Source: Malacoraja senta (taxonomy: Eukaryota). From it: a stretch of DNA of 60,565 bases. The stretch spans positions 62,001 to 122,565 of the forward strand of contig JAXLNO010000561.1 of assembly GCA_038087875.1 (NCBI GenBank). The letters are read 5' to 3'. Under the pieces are notes generated by a model. That model saw only the letters and a program-made list of their open reading frames with translations, did not search any database and was not told the DNA's origin. Shown here in pieces: positions 49,101-60,565 of the stretch. Numbering within the stretch: position 1 is the first letter of the stretch; each line of letters begins with the position of its first letter. The position numbers were made by a program, and so were the translations under genes.

Positions 49101-52100
49101 CAAAACTCTTTAGATTCTGGAGTAGTTCATGAGGATTGGAGGGTAGCAAACGTAACCCCACTTTTTAAGAAGGGAGGGAGAGAGAAAACGGGGAATTACA
49201 GACCAGTTAGTCTAACATCGGTAGTGGGGAAACTGCTAGAGTCAGTTATTAAAGATGGGATAGCAGCACATTTGGAAAGTGGTGAAATCATTGGACAAAG
49301 TCAGCATGGATTTACGAAAGGTAAATCGTGTCTGACGAATCTTATAGAATTTTTCGAGGATGTAACTAGTAGAGTGGATAGGGGAGAACCAGTCGATGTG
49401 TTGTATCTGGACTGTCACAAGGCTTTCGACAAGGTACCACATAAGAGATTAGTATACAAACTTAAAGCACACGGTATTGGGGGTTCAGTATTGATGTGGA
49501 TAGAGAACTGGCTGGCAAACAGGAAGCAAAGAGTAGGAGTAAACGGGTCCTTTTCACAATGGCAGGCAGTGACTAGTGGGGTACCGCAAGGCTCAGTGCT
49601 GGGACCCCAGCTATTTACAATTTATATTAATGAACTGGATGAGGGAATTGAAGACAACATCTCCAAGTTTGCGGATGACACTAAGCTGGGGGGCAGTGTT
49701 AGCTGTGAGGAGGATGCTAGGAGACTGCAAGGTGACTTGGATAGGCTGGATGAGTGGGAAAATGTTTGGCAGATGCAGTATAATGTGGATAAATGTGAGG
49801 TTATCCACTTTGGTGGCAAAAACGGGAAGGCAGACTATGATCTAAATGGTGGCCGATTAGGAAATGGGGAGATGCAGCGAGACCTGGGTGTCATGGAACA
49901 CCAGTCATTGAAAGTAGGCATGCAGGTGCAGCAGGCAGTGAAGAAAGCGAATTGTATGTTGGCCTTCATAGCAAGAGGATTTGAGTATAGGAGCAGGGAG
50001 GTTCTACTGCAGTTGTACAGGGTCTTGGTGAGACCACACCTGGAGTATTGCGTACAGTTTTGGTCTCCAAATCTGAGGAAGGACATTATAGCCATAGAGG
50101 GAGTGCAGAGAAGGTTCACCAGACTGATTCCTGGGATGTCAGGACTTTCATATGAAGAAAGACTGGATAGACTTGGCTTATACTCGCTAGAATTTAGGAG
50201 ATTGAGAGGGGATCTTATAGAAACGTACAAAATTCTTATGGGGTTGGACAGGCTAGATGCAGGAAGATTGTTCCCGATGTTGGGGAAGTCCAGGACAAGG
50301 GGTCACAGCTTAAGGATAAGGGGGAAATCCTTTAAGACCGAGATGAGGAAAAACCTTTTCACACAGAGAGTGGTGAATCTCTGGAACTCTCTGCCACAGA
50401 GGGTAGTTGAGGCCAGTTCATTGGCTATATTTAAGAGGGAGTTAGATGTGGCCCTTGTGGCTAAGGGGATCAGGGGGTGTGGAGAGAAGGCAGGTACGGG
50501 ATACTGAGTTGGATGATCAGCCATGATCATATTGAATGGCGGTGCAGGCTCGAAGGGCCGAATGGCCTACTCCTGCACCTATTTTCTATGTATCTATGTA
50601 ACACAGTAAAACACCCGATACCGTATCGTGGACCGTATTAATTGCCGGGCATTTGCAATACAACATAAAACATAATATACTCTGCAGACTCAGAAAACTC
50701 ATATGTAATGTCAGAAGTAAATTATCTTACCTAAGTTTGTCCCTTATACTCAGCACCATCTTTGTGTCAAGTCTTCACTTCAGGTTCCTTGTAAATCTTG
50801 CCCCTCTCACCTTAAACCTATGATATCTGATTTTTGATTCTCCATCCTGGATAAAAGACTGCATTCATCCTAATTATTCGTCTCATGATTTAACACTCTT
50901 TATATCATCACCCCTCAGCTTCCTTCGCTCCAGGGAATAAAGTCCTCACTTCTCCCTACAGCTGGGACACACAAGGGCATCGCAGTACAGTCCAGCTATA
51001 ACTACTGATGGTGATACCAGATGTGGAGAAACATGCAGTGACTGGACCAAGAGTCATAGTCACACAGCAGAGAAACAGACCCAGCAACTCTCTGTGTCCA
51101 TGCTACCCAATTATTGAATCACATTTACTAGCAATTGGTCCAGAGAATATTATGCACTGATTTTCTCTTTTATTGAAGGTGATACTTACCGTTGAAGCGG
51201 TGTAGAGTCCAAGTCGAGATTTATCCAGAGCATAAAGTAGCTGTGAGACGATCACCATTTAATCAGATCCTCTACTGTGTACAGTTGCTAAGAACAACAA
51301 GTTAATTTATTGACATTGATTTGTGGGACTGCGACGTCCTGACAGGGTAGACCATCAAAGCAATAAACAACGGGTATAAGAATGATTACGTTGGGATCAG
51401 AAGTTCAGATTATCAATTCACCTTGGAGTGACTGAGATGAGATGTAATTTACTCTCTCAGATATATCTGCATGGAGAGTACCCTCTCCTCCAGAAAACGA
51501 TGATGTCCATTTGTTAAATACATACAAGCGAAGTTCCTTGTGGACAAGAGGGAACTGAAGACTAATGTGACCAGGGGTATGGAAATGAAGTTAGAAAGAG
51601 CTCTAGGGGCTAGTGGAGTCAAGGGGTATGGGGAGAAGGCAGGCACGGGTTATTGATTGGGGACGATCAGCCATGATCACAATGAATGGTGGTGCTGGCT
51701 CGAAGGGCCGAATGGCCTCCTCCTGCACCTATTTTCTATGTTTCTATCTATGTTTCTAACGATTCCAGGATCAGTTTGATAATTAATTGTCTGAACAGGC
51801 CTGAGCTTGGCATTGTGCGTGTGGCCGTGTATACCTGTGTCCATGGCCTAGGTATGTGATCCGCCCTCTGCCACTGCTTCATCGGCCCTATGGCCCACGG
51901 ACCTGTCAGTGACGACAGGTGACAACATCTCCTCCATAATTACTCTCAACACCGGCGCCCTGCAAGGGTGATTTCTCGGTCCCCTGCGATTCTCTCTTTA
52001 CACTCTCCATTGTTCTCTGACGACAACCCTGTGATGGGCCGGATCAGGGACAATGATGAGGCGGAGTTCAGGGAAGAGATAATGTACCTACTCACATTGT

Positions 52101-53280
52101 GGCAGAACAATAGCCTCTCCATCAACATCATCAAGATGAAGGGGCTAGTTATTAATTCCTGGAAGCAAGGTGGAGTACATGCGTAAATCAGGATTATTGG
52201 CGCGGAAGTGGAAATAGTTGAGGCTCAAGTTGTTTGGCGTTCATATTAACACCGATGTGTCCTGGATGAACCACACAGTTCAGACAACCAAGAAGGCACA
52301 CTCGACTTCCGCAGGAGACTTACAAAACCTCTACAAACATCTCCAGATGTGCCATTGAAAGCAGGTCAGGATGCATCACAGCCTGGTTTGGAAATAGTTC
52401 TAGTCAAGACGGCAAGATATTGCAGAGATATTTTCTATTATGTCCATGTATGGTGTGACTGGTCTGAGTGGATATCATGCAAAACCAGGCTTTTCACTGT
52501 AAATACGTACATGCGGCAATAATACATCTAGCCGAACCCAGACAAATCTAATGATTGGAGATAAGTAACAACTGTGATCAGAGCGTGAATATAAGTACAA
52601 TGATAGGGCAAAGATTACCCACGTGACACAGCCGGTGTTTATATACAAGAGAAGTTGATGCATCCTTGTTAACCGCAAATGAACAGTTCGACACATGCGT
52701 GAGAAGATGAGGTGTGGGGGTAGGAGACAGAATCGAGTAAAATGCTAATACTGTATTGCGGACCGCAGTTATTGCCGGGCATCGGAAATAAAATAGGACA
52801 AAAGGATAAACCCAGAAGATTCAGAAGATGCAGGAAACATGAACGCAGGAAACATGTTCCCGATGTTGGGGGGGTCCAGAACCAGGGGCCACAGTTTAAG
52901 AATAAGGAGTAAGCCATATAGAACGGAGACGAGGAAACACTTTTTCTCACAGACAGTGGTGAGTCTGCGGAATTATCTGCCTCAGAGGGCGGTGGAGGCC
53001 GGTTCTCTGGATGCTTTCAAGAGAGAGCGAGATAGCGCTTAAAAATAGCGGAGTCAGGGGATATGGGGAGAAGGCAGGAACGGGGTACTGATTGGGGAAG
53101 ATCAGCCATGATCATATTGAATGGCGGTGCTGGCTCGAAGGGCCGAATGGCCTACTCCTGCACCTATTGTCTATTGTCTATTGTCTAAGACTTCCGCTTG
53201 AGAGGACAACGTATCTAATGTCTGAAATGAATGAGCTTATCAAAGCTCCGATCTAGTCTAAACAAATGCACGCTGTGTTA

Positions 53281-53790
53281 AGGGCCTGTCCCACTTGCAT
53301 GCGATTGCATGCGTCTGGCGCGACCAAACGTGGTCGCTTGAGGCGTACGGGCCGCGTGGGGCCGGTCCCACTTAGAAGCGCGGAAGCGTATGGTGTTGTG
53401 CGGGGCTGGGCTCCGAAAATCCTGCACTGTCCGAAAATTCCGCGCGCCAATGGCCTGTCGACTCGCAGGCGCATTGAGGGCATACGCAGCATCCTGACGG
53501 CCTATGCAGCGTCTTGATGTCGACCGCAGCGTCTTGGCGGCGTACGCCTAGCACGTGGCGTTGCGCGATGACTTCACCGCCCGACGCCGTGAGACGCCCA
53601 AATTCAGTCGGCCCGCCTCCTGCCCAGCTGATTGGTAAGTATGACGCGAATTACATCAGGCGCGAACTTAGCGCATACTTACCGTGTACTTTGCACGTAC
53701 TTACCGCGAACTTAGCGCTAACAGCGCGAACTTCGCTTCCGTTTTGGTCGCGCCAAACGCGTGCAGTCGCATACAAGTGGGACAGGCCCT
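53281..53790. mobile_element. PIF/Harbinger-like MITE (copy 3)
   Basis: Same TIRs and TSD with a few substitutions, within U3. Confidence 0.88.
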
Positions 53791-53949
53791 TTACTGTTTC
53801 GCAATTCATACGCCCACAAACATTGGCGTTGTCTAGATGAGAGTGTAAACTGGCTCGTCAGCGCACATCAACATTGGTGCAGAATTAGTTGCTGCCCAAC
53901 ATTTATTACTCAACAGAAATAACCAAACCTGGCTACCTATTGCAACTTC

Positions 53950-55104
53950 ACCTCACTATCTCCATCGCAGGTGATAGACTTCTGAACGACATCCACTATA
54001 AACCTACTGACTCCCATAGATATCTGGACTACAGTTCTTCCCATCCTGCTTCCAATAAGGACTCCATCCCCTACTCGCAATTCCTCCGTCTACGCCGCAT
54101 CTGCTCCCAGGATGAGGCGTTCCACACCAGGGCATCCGAAATGTCCTCATTCTTCAGGGAACGGGGGTTCCCCTACTCCACCATAGATGAGGCTCGCACC
54201 AGGGTCTCTTCCATACCCCGCAACACTGCTCTCTCTCCCCATCCCCCCACTCACAACAAGGGCAGAGTTCCCCTAGTCCTCACCTTTCACCCCACCAGCC
54301 GTCACATACAACAAGTGATCCTCCGTCAGTTTCGCCACCTCCAACGTGACCCCACCACTCGCCACATCTTCCCATCTCCCCCCATGTCTGCCTTCCGCAA
54401 AGACCGCTCCCTCCGTAACTCCCTTGTCAATTCTTCCCTTCCCTCCCGTACCACCCCCTCCCCGGGCACTTTCCCTTCCAACCGCAAGAGATGCAACACT
54501 TGTCCCTTCACCTCTCCCCTCGACTCCATTCAAGGACCTAAGCAGTCATTCCAGGTGCGACAGAGGTTCACCTGCATCTCCTCGAACCTCATCTATTGTA
54601 TCCGCTGCTCTAGATGTCAGCTGAACTACATCGGTGAGACCAAGCGGAGGCTTGGCGATCGTTTCGCCGAACACCTCCGCTCGGTCGGCAATAACCAACC
54701 TGACCTCCCGGTGGCTCAGCACTTCAACTCCCCCTCCCATTCCGTAACCGACCTCTCTGTCCTGGGTCTCCTCCATGGCCAGAGCGAGCAACACCGGAAA
54801 TTGGAGGAACAGCACCTCATATTCCGCTTGGGGAGTCTGCATCCTGGGGGCATGAACATTGAATTCTCCCTACTCTGTTAGCCCTCCCCTTCCTCAAGCA
54901 TCGGGCTGTCTCCTCCCATCCCTCAGCCCTCGGGCTCCTCCTCCGCCTTTTTCCTTTCTTCTCCCCACCCCCCATCATTCTGAAGAAGGGTTTCGGCCCG
55001 AAACGTTGCCTATTTCCTTCGCTCCATAGATGCTGCTACACCCGCTGAGTTTCTCCAGCATTTTTGGGTACCTTCAATTTTCCAGCATTTGCAGTTCCTT
55101 CTTA
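53950..55104 (+). mobile_element. Penelope-like element (copy 3; frame open to the stop at 54881)
   Basis: ORF 53889..54881, with several substitutions relative to copies 1 and 2. Confidence 0.93.
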
Positions 55105-58100
55105 AATACCTATTGCAACTGTCGAGTTGCCCACACAAGGACATAGTGATGAACCCGGCTATAAATACTGACGGTGATACCACGTGTGGAGAAACGTGCA
55201 CACACTGGACCAATAGTCATTGAGTCACACAGCAGAGAAATAGGCCGAAACACTGTGTGTGTGTCTGCTGTCCAATTACTAAATCCCATCTACCAGCACT
55301 TAGTCTGCAGAATATTATGCCCTGGCACTATCGTTATTCAGGAAAGCGATACTTACATTCGACTAGGGGCAGAGACAGAATTCGAGACTTATCCGTCGCA
55401 TCAAGTGGCTCTCAAAGGTGAACATTGACCAGTTCATCCATTCTGTGCAGTTCGTAAGAACAACAAATGAATGTATTGACCTCGACATCGGGACTTCTGC
55501 GTCGCCTTTGCAGGATAGATTTTGAGAGAATTACAGCCAGCATATGGATGATCACATTAGGATCATCGTTCAGATAAGAATTCACATTGGAGTGACTGAA
55601 GTCAGATGTAAAATATTCTCGCAGATATATCTGAATCTACAGAAAAACAAGAATGACCATTAATGAAATGTAAACAGGGTTGGGGCGAAGGTATTTGTGG
55701 CAAATAGGGAAACCAACGCTGATGAGACCTGAGTGGAAGTGAATAAGGAATCACAACAGTTTGTAATTATGATATTGAATTGTCAAACAGACTTGAGCTT
55801 GGCATTGTGCGTGTGACCGTGTGTACCTGTGTCTGCTGGGAGAAGAATGACTGTTATCTCCAAACCACGGGACCGCGGAATCTGCTCTACCTCTGTCACT
55901 GCTTCCAAGGCCCCAATGCCCCGGACCTCAGTCAGTGAGGATAGGGGACAGCATCTCCTCCATAATCACTCTCCACATCGGTTCCCTGCAAGGATGTGTT
56001 CTTAGCCTCCATCTATACTCCCTTTACACTCTCGACTGTAGGGACACATTTGGCTTTCATGACATCTACAGGTTTGCTCACAACCCTATTGTGTTGGGTC
56101 ACATGGAGAATAATGACAATATGGAGTACGGGAGGTAGATAGAGAACTAAGATACATGGTGCCAGGACAATAATCTTCCCCTCAATGTCAGCAGGACGAT
56201 GAAGCTAGTTATTAACTTGAGGAAGCATGGTGCAGAACATGCTCAATCAGCATCATTGGTGCAGAAGTGGAAATGGTTGACAGCTTCCCCTTTGTGTTAA
56301 TAATATCAAAGGGCTGTCGTGGATCATAGATGCAACAATCCAGAAGGCGCACTAACCCCTTTATATCCTGATGTGACAGATAAATCTCGGCTGTCTCCAG
56401 TGACTCTTCCAAACTTCTGTAGATGCACCGAGGACAGTATAATGTAGGGCTGCTTCTTTTGAGAAAAGCTCTGCCTGAGAAACGCAAGCAATTGCAAGAG
56501 ATTTGTAGATGTAGCCAAGTCCATCACACAGACCAGACTTCTCACCACTGAATCCATCTACACTTTACGCTGCCTCGAAAAGCAGCCAATATTATCAAAG
56601 ACCTGTTTCACCTCGACCATTCCTTGTTCTCACTGCTCCAGTCAGCAGGAAGTGCACACACGTGAAAGCGCGCACCACCAGTAGCTTCTTCCCGTCCATT
56701 ATCGGGATGCTTAATGGTCCTTCCATAAGATATGGTGCTGTTGAATTCACATGTCCCCTTTGATGACATTGGACTTAGACGCTGAGCTGATGCGCTACAT
56801 TGCTGAAACTATATTCTGCACACTGTATCTTCTCCTTTGCTCTATCTGTTATACGTGAGTTTGAAATGATTGTACCTATGCACAGAATATCTGGTTGCCT
56901 GGATAACATGCAAACACAGTTTATTTCCCACTCCATCTCGTATATTTCACAATAATAATCCTAATCCTAAACCTGTACCTGAAACCTAATGTGCCTCGCA
57001 TCTTAATTGTTTACAACTCCGCCAAGCCAGTCGGAGGTCTCAAGGTGAGATCAGTATTGCATCATCTGTCGCTCTAGCTGTGCGCTTCAGAACAGTTAAA
57101 TAAAAGTTTCTGCATCTGCTTGAATGAATCTTTTGTTTTTTACAAAAAGCTCGAATTCTACAACTGTGAATGTCCGTTTCTTAGGACAAAGATAGACCAG
57201 AATTCCGCAATGCGCTTTGCGCAGATGTTGTTCATTCTTACACATTTACGGATAAATCAGGGTTTGATGAGATAAAGAACGATATTCAGCATGATATTCC
57301 GTAGCTCGAATTATAGTCTGCATTCTGTTTCTTCGTATTTGCTCTATCCATTGTACAAGTTTGAACTGTTTGTATCTACATATGATATATGTGAAACGTT
57401 TGGATAGCATGCAATACAAAGATTTACACTGTACCCATGTATCCATGAGAGTCATAGACCTCACCAAAGCTGGCCAAACATAATGATCTGTGGTGAGTAA
57501 CAACCATGGCGGAGACTGGAGACGATGAAGATTGGGGACCATGTTGATAAACAAGAGAAGGTGATATTGTTTTTTAACAACAGATGAACTGTTGGACAAG
57601 TGGTAAAGAGAAGCCGACGAGAGGGGATAGGATGAACAACACAGTAAACTGCTGATAATATTTAGGAGACTGAAGTAATTGCCGAGCTTCTGACAAAGAA
57701 GGAGGAGGAGGTAGAGGAAGAGGAAGAGGAAGAGGAAGAGGAAGAGGAAGAGGAAGAGGAGGAGGAAGAGGAGGACGAGGAGGAAGAGGGAGAGGAGGAG
57801 GAGGAGGAGGAGGAGGATGCAGGAAGGATATACTCAGAAGAGACAGAGAGGCATACAGCACGCAAAGAGGCCATTCCACCCAGCTTGCTCTGCTGAGCAA
57901 CAAGCATCATCGACGCTAGGCACACCTATCAGATTAAGGCAATACCCCCCATCTATGTACATCTGTAAATGTTTCTTATATATTGTCATAGCACCTGCCT
58001 CGTCTATCTCATCCAGTAGCTCGATCCATACACCTACCATGGATGCATTAGTGATGATTTTTCAAAACTCTTTAGATTCTGGAGTAGTTCATGAGGATTG

Positions 58101-59562
58101 GAGGGTAGCAAACGTAAACCCACTTTTTAAGAAGGGAGGGAGAGAGAAAACGGGGAATTACAGACCAGTTAGTCTAACATCGGTAGTGGGAAACTGCTAG
58201 AGTCAGTTATTAAAGATGGGATAGCAGCACATTGGAAAGTGGTGAAATCATTGGACAAAGTCAGCATGGATTTACGAAAGGTAAATCGTGTCTGACGAAT
58301 CTTATAGAATTTTCGAGGATGTAACTAGTAGAGTGGATAGGGGAGAACCAGTGGATGTGTTGGATCTGGACTTTCAGAAGGCTTTCGACAAGGTACCACA
58401 TAAGAGATTAGTATACAAACTTAAAGCACACGGTATTGGGGGTTCTGTATTGATGTGGATAGAGAACTGGCTGGCAAACAGGAAGCAAAGAGTAGGAGTA
58501 AACGGGTCCTTTCACAATGGCAGGCAGTGACTAGTGGGGTTACAGCAAGGCTCAGTGCTGGGACCCCAGCTATTTACAATTTATATTAATGAACTGGATG
58601 AGGGAATTGAAGACAACATCTCCAAGTTTGCGGATGACACTAAGCTGGGGGGCAGTGTTAGCTGTGAGGAGGATGCTAGGAGACTGCAAGTGACTTGGAT
58701 AGGCTGGGTGAGTGGGCAATTGTTTGGCAGATGCAGTATAATGTGGATAAATGTGTGGTTATCCACTTTGGTGGCAAAAACAGGAAAGCAGACTATTATC
58801 TAATTGGTGGCCGATTAGAAATGGGGGAGATGCAGCGAGACCTGGGTGTCATGGTACACCAGTCATTGAAAGTAGGCATGCAGGTGCAGCAGGCAGTGAA
58901 GAAAGCGAATGGTATGTTAGCTTTCATAGCAAAAGGATTTGAGTATAGGAGCAGAGAGGTTCTACTGCAGTTGTACAGGGTCTTGGTGAGACCACACCTG
59001 GAGTATTGCGTACAGTTTTGATCTCCAAATCTGAGGAAGGACATTATAGCCATAGAGGGAGTGCAGAGAACGTTCACCAGACTGATTCTGGGATGTCAGG
59101 ACTTTCATATGAAGAAAGACTGGATAGACTTGGCTTATACTCGCTAGAATTTAGGAGATTGAGAGGGGATCTTATAGAAACGTGCAAAATTCTTATGGGG
59201 TTGGGACAGGCTAGATGCAGGAAGATTGTTCCCGATGTTGGGGAAGTCCAGGACAAGGGGTCACAGCTTAAGGATAAGGGGGAAATCCTTTAAGACCGAG
59301 ATGAGGAAAAACTTTTTCACACAGAGAGTGGTGAATCTCTGGAACTCTCTGCCACAGAGGGTAGTTGAGGCCAGTTCATTGGCTATATTTAAGAGGGATT
59401 TAGATGTGGCCCTTGCGGCTAAAGGGATCAGGGGTATGGAGAGAAGGCAGGTACGGGATACTAAGTTGGATGATCAGCCATGATCATATTGAATGGCGGT
59501 GCAGGCTCGAAGGCCGAATGGCCTACTCCGGCTCCTATTTTCTATGTATCTATGTATCTATG

Positions 59563-60480
59563 CTCTGTTTAATTATTTACCGCTCAGGTTCCGATTCAAT
59601 CTCTCACCCCTCACATTGAAACATGTCCCCTGGTTTAATCCCTGACTCTGGCTGAAAATCTGTACATATACCCTATCTATTCCTCTCGTGATCTTGTACG
59701 CCTCTATAATAGCAACCCTCATCTCCTGCGCTCCAATAAATAAAGTCCAAGCCTCCTCAACCTCGCCACATAGCTCAGGCACTCGAGTATCTTTCTACAT
59801 CCTAGTCAACCTCTTCTGTACCCTTCCCAGCTTAACACCATCTTTCCTCAAACAGGATGACCAAAACTGAACAAATACTCTGTGAGGCCTCACCAATGTC
59901 TTCTCGAACTGTAATATGAACTCCCAACATCTATATTCAACACTCTGATTGAGGAAGGCCAATGTGCCAAATGCCTTGACCACAATTTCTACATGTGTCG
60001 CCACTTTCAAGGAGCTATGTACCTGCACTGCTGGATTCCTCTCCACTGCAACACTCACCAGAGCCCTGCAATTCACTCTACAAGTCATGCGCTGGTGTGA
60101 CTTCCGAAAATGCAAAGCTTCACTATTCTCTATATTCAACGCCATCAACAATTGCTCAACCTACCTGTTCATCTGATCAAGGTCCTGCTTTTATTCTGAA
60201 CAACTATCATCGCTATCTACCATATCACCACCCTTAGTGACACCTGCAAACTTCCAAATTCTACTTTGTATTTCCTCATCCAAATCATTGATATAGATGA
60301 CAAACAGCACCGAAACCTGAAGTGTGTAAGAATCACAGAATAATAGAAAATAGGTGCAGGAGTAGTGTTGTTCGGCCCTTCGAACCAGCACCGCCATTCA
60401 ATATGATCATGTTTGATCATCCAAAATCAGTAGCCCATTCCGGCTTTCTCCCCATATCCTTTGATTCCGTTAACCCTAAG
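59563..60480 (-). mobile_element. Old antisense CR1 remnant plus a younger minus-strand CR1 tail (60335-60480)
   Basis: Minus ORFs KTLVRPH..VQFWS...LGRVQKRLTRM and LFVIYINDLDEEIQSRIWKFAG. Confidence 0.8.
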
Positions 60481-60565
60481 ATCTTCCTCATTGGAGACAT
60501 GCTGGAATTCCTCAGGTTCCTGTTGGTGTGCTTTATTGGCTGTCGTTTCAATATGATCGGTCCAT

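Larger units (their letters stand above)
32793..59562 (+). repeat. Tandem segmental triplication: U1 32793-41612, U2 41613-50599, U3 50600-~59562 (period ~8987 bp)
   Basis: acacagtaaaacacccgataccg starts each unit. The ORF track repeats at offsets of 8986-8987 (35280/44266/53253; 40006/48993). Confidence 0.97.

Overview
Eukaryotic, repeat-rich vertebrate DNA, most likely a cartilaginous fish (skate/ray-like CR1/HER1 LINEs, HE1-type SINEs, Rex1, RTE and Penelope elements). Four zones. (1) 1-20.5 kb: the last four coding exons of NEIL3 on the minus strand (RanBP2 zinc finger plus two GRF zinc fingers, clean GT-AG junctions, open frame). Its introns carry retroelements, including a near full-length CR1 with a 7-bp TSD. 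The putative 3' UTR holds a Penelope-derived palindrome with a core-mutated hammerhead ribozyme. No N-terminal glycosylase exons are recognisable in the 41 kb upstream. (2) 21.5-28.9 kb: a CpG-rich 20-bp satellite broken by duplicated unique spacers. (3) 29-32 kb: TE debris and a TAGC/TATC low-complexity tract. (4) 32.8-59.6 kb: three tandem ~9-kb segmental copies with a mosaic identity pattern. Each copy has a Harbinger-like MITE, a Penelope GIY-YIG fragment with a hammerhead motif and a 5'-truncated CR1. Underneath lies an older, much more diverged tandem array whose non-TE parts tentatively read as decayed V2R/OlfC (class C GPCR) ectodomain pseudogenes. I found no clearly new biological system. 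The best leads are the cryptic V2R-like array, the apparently headless NEIL3 and the UTR hammerhead palindrome.
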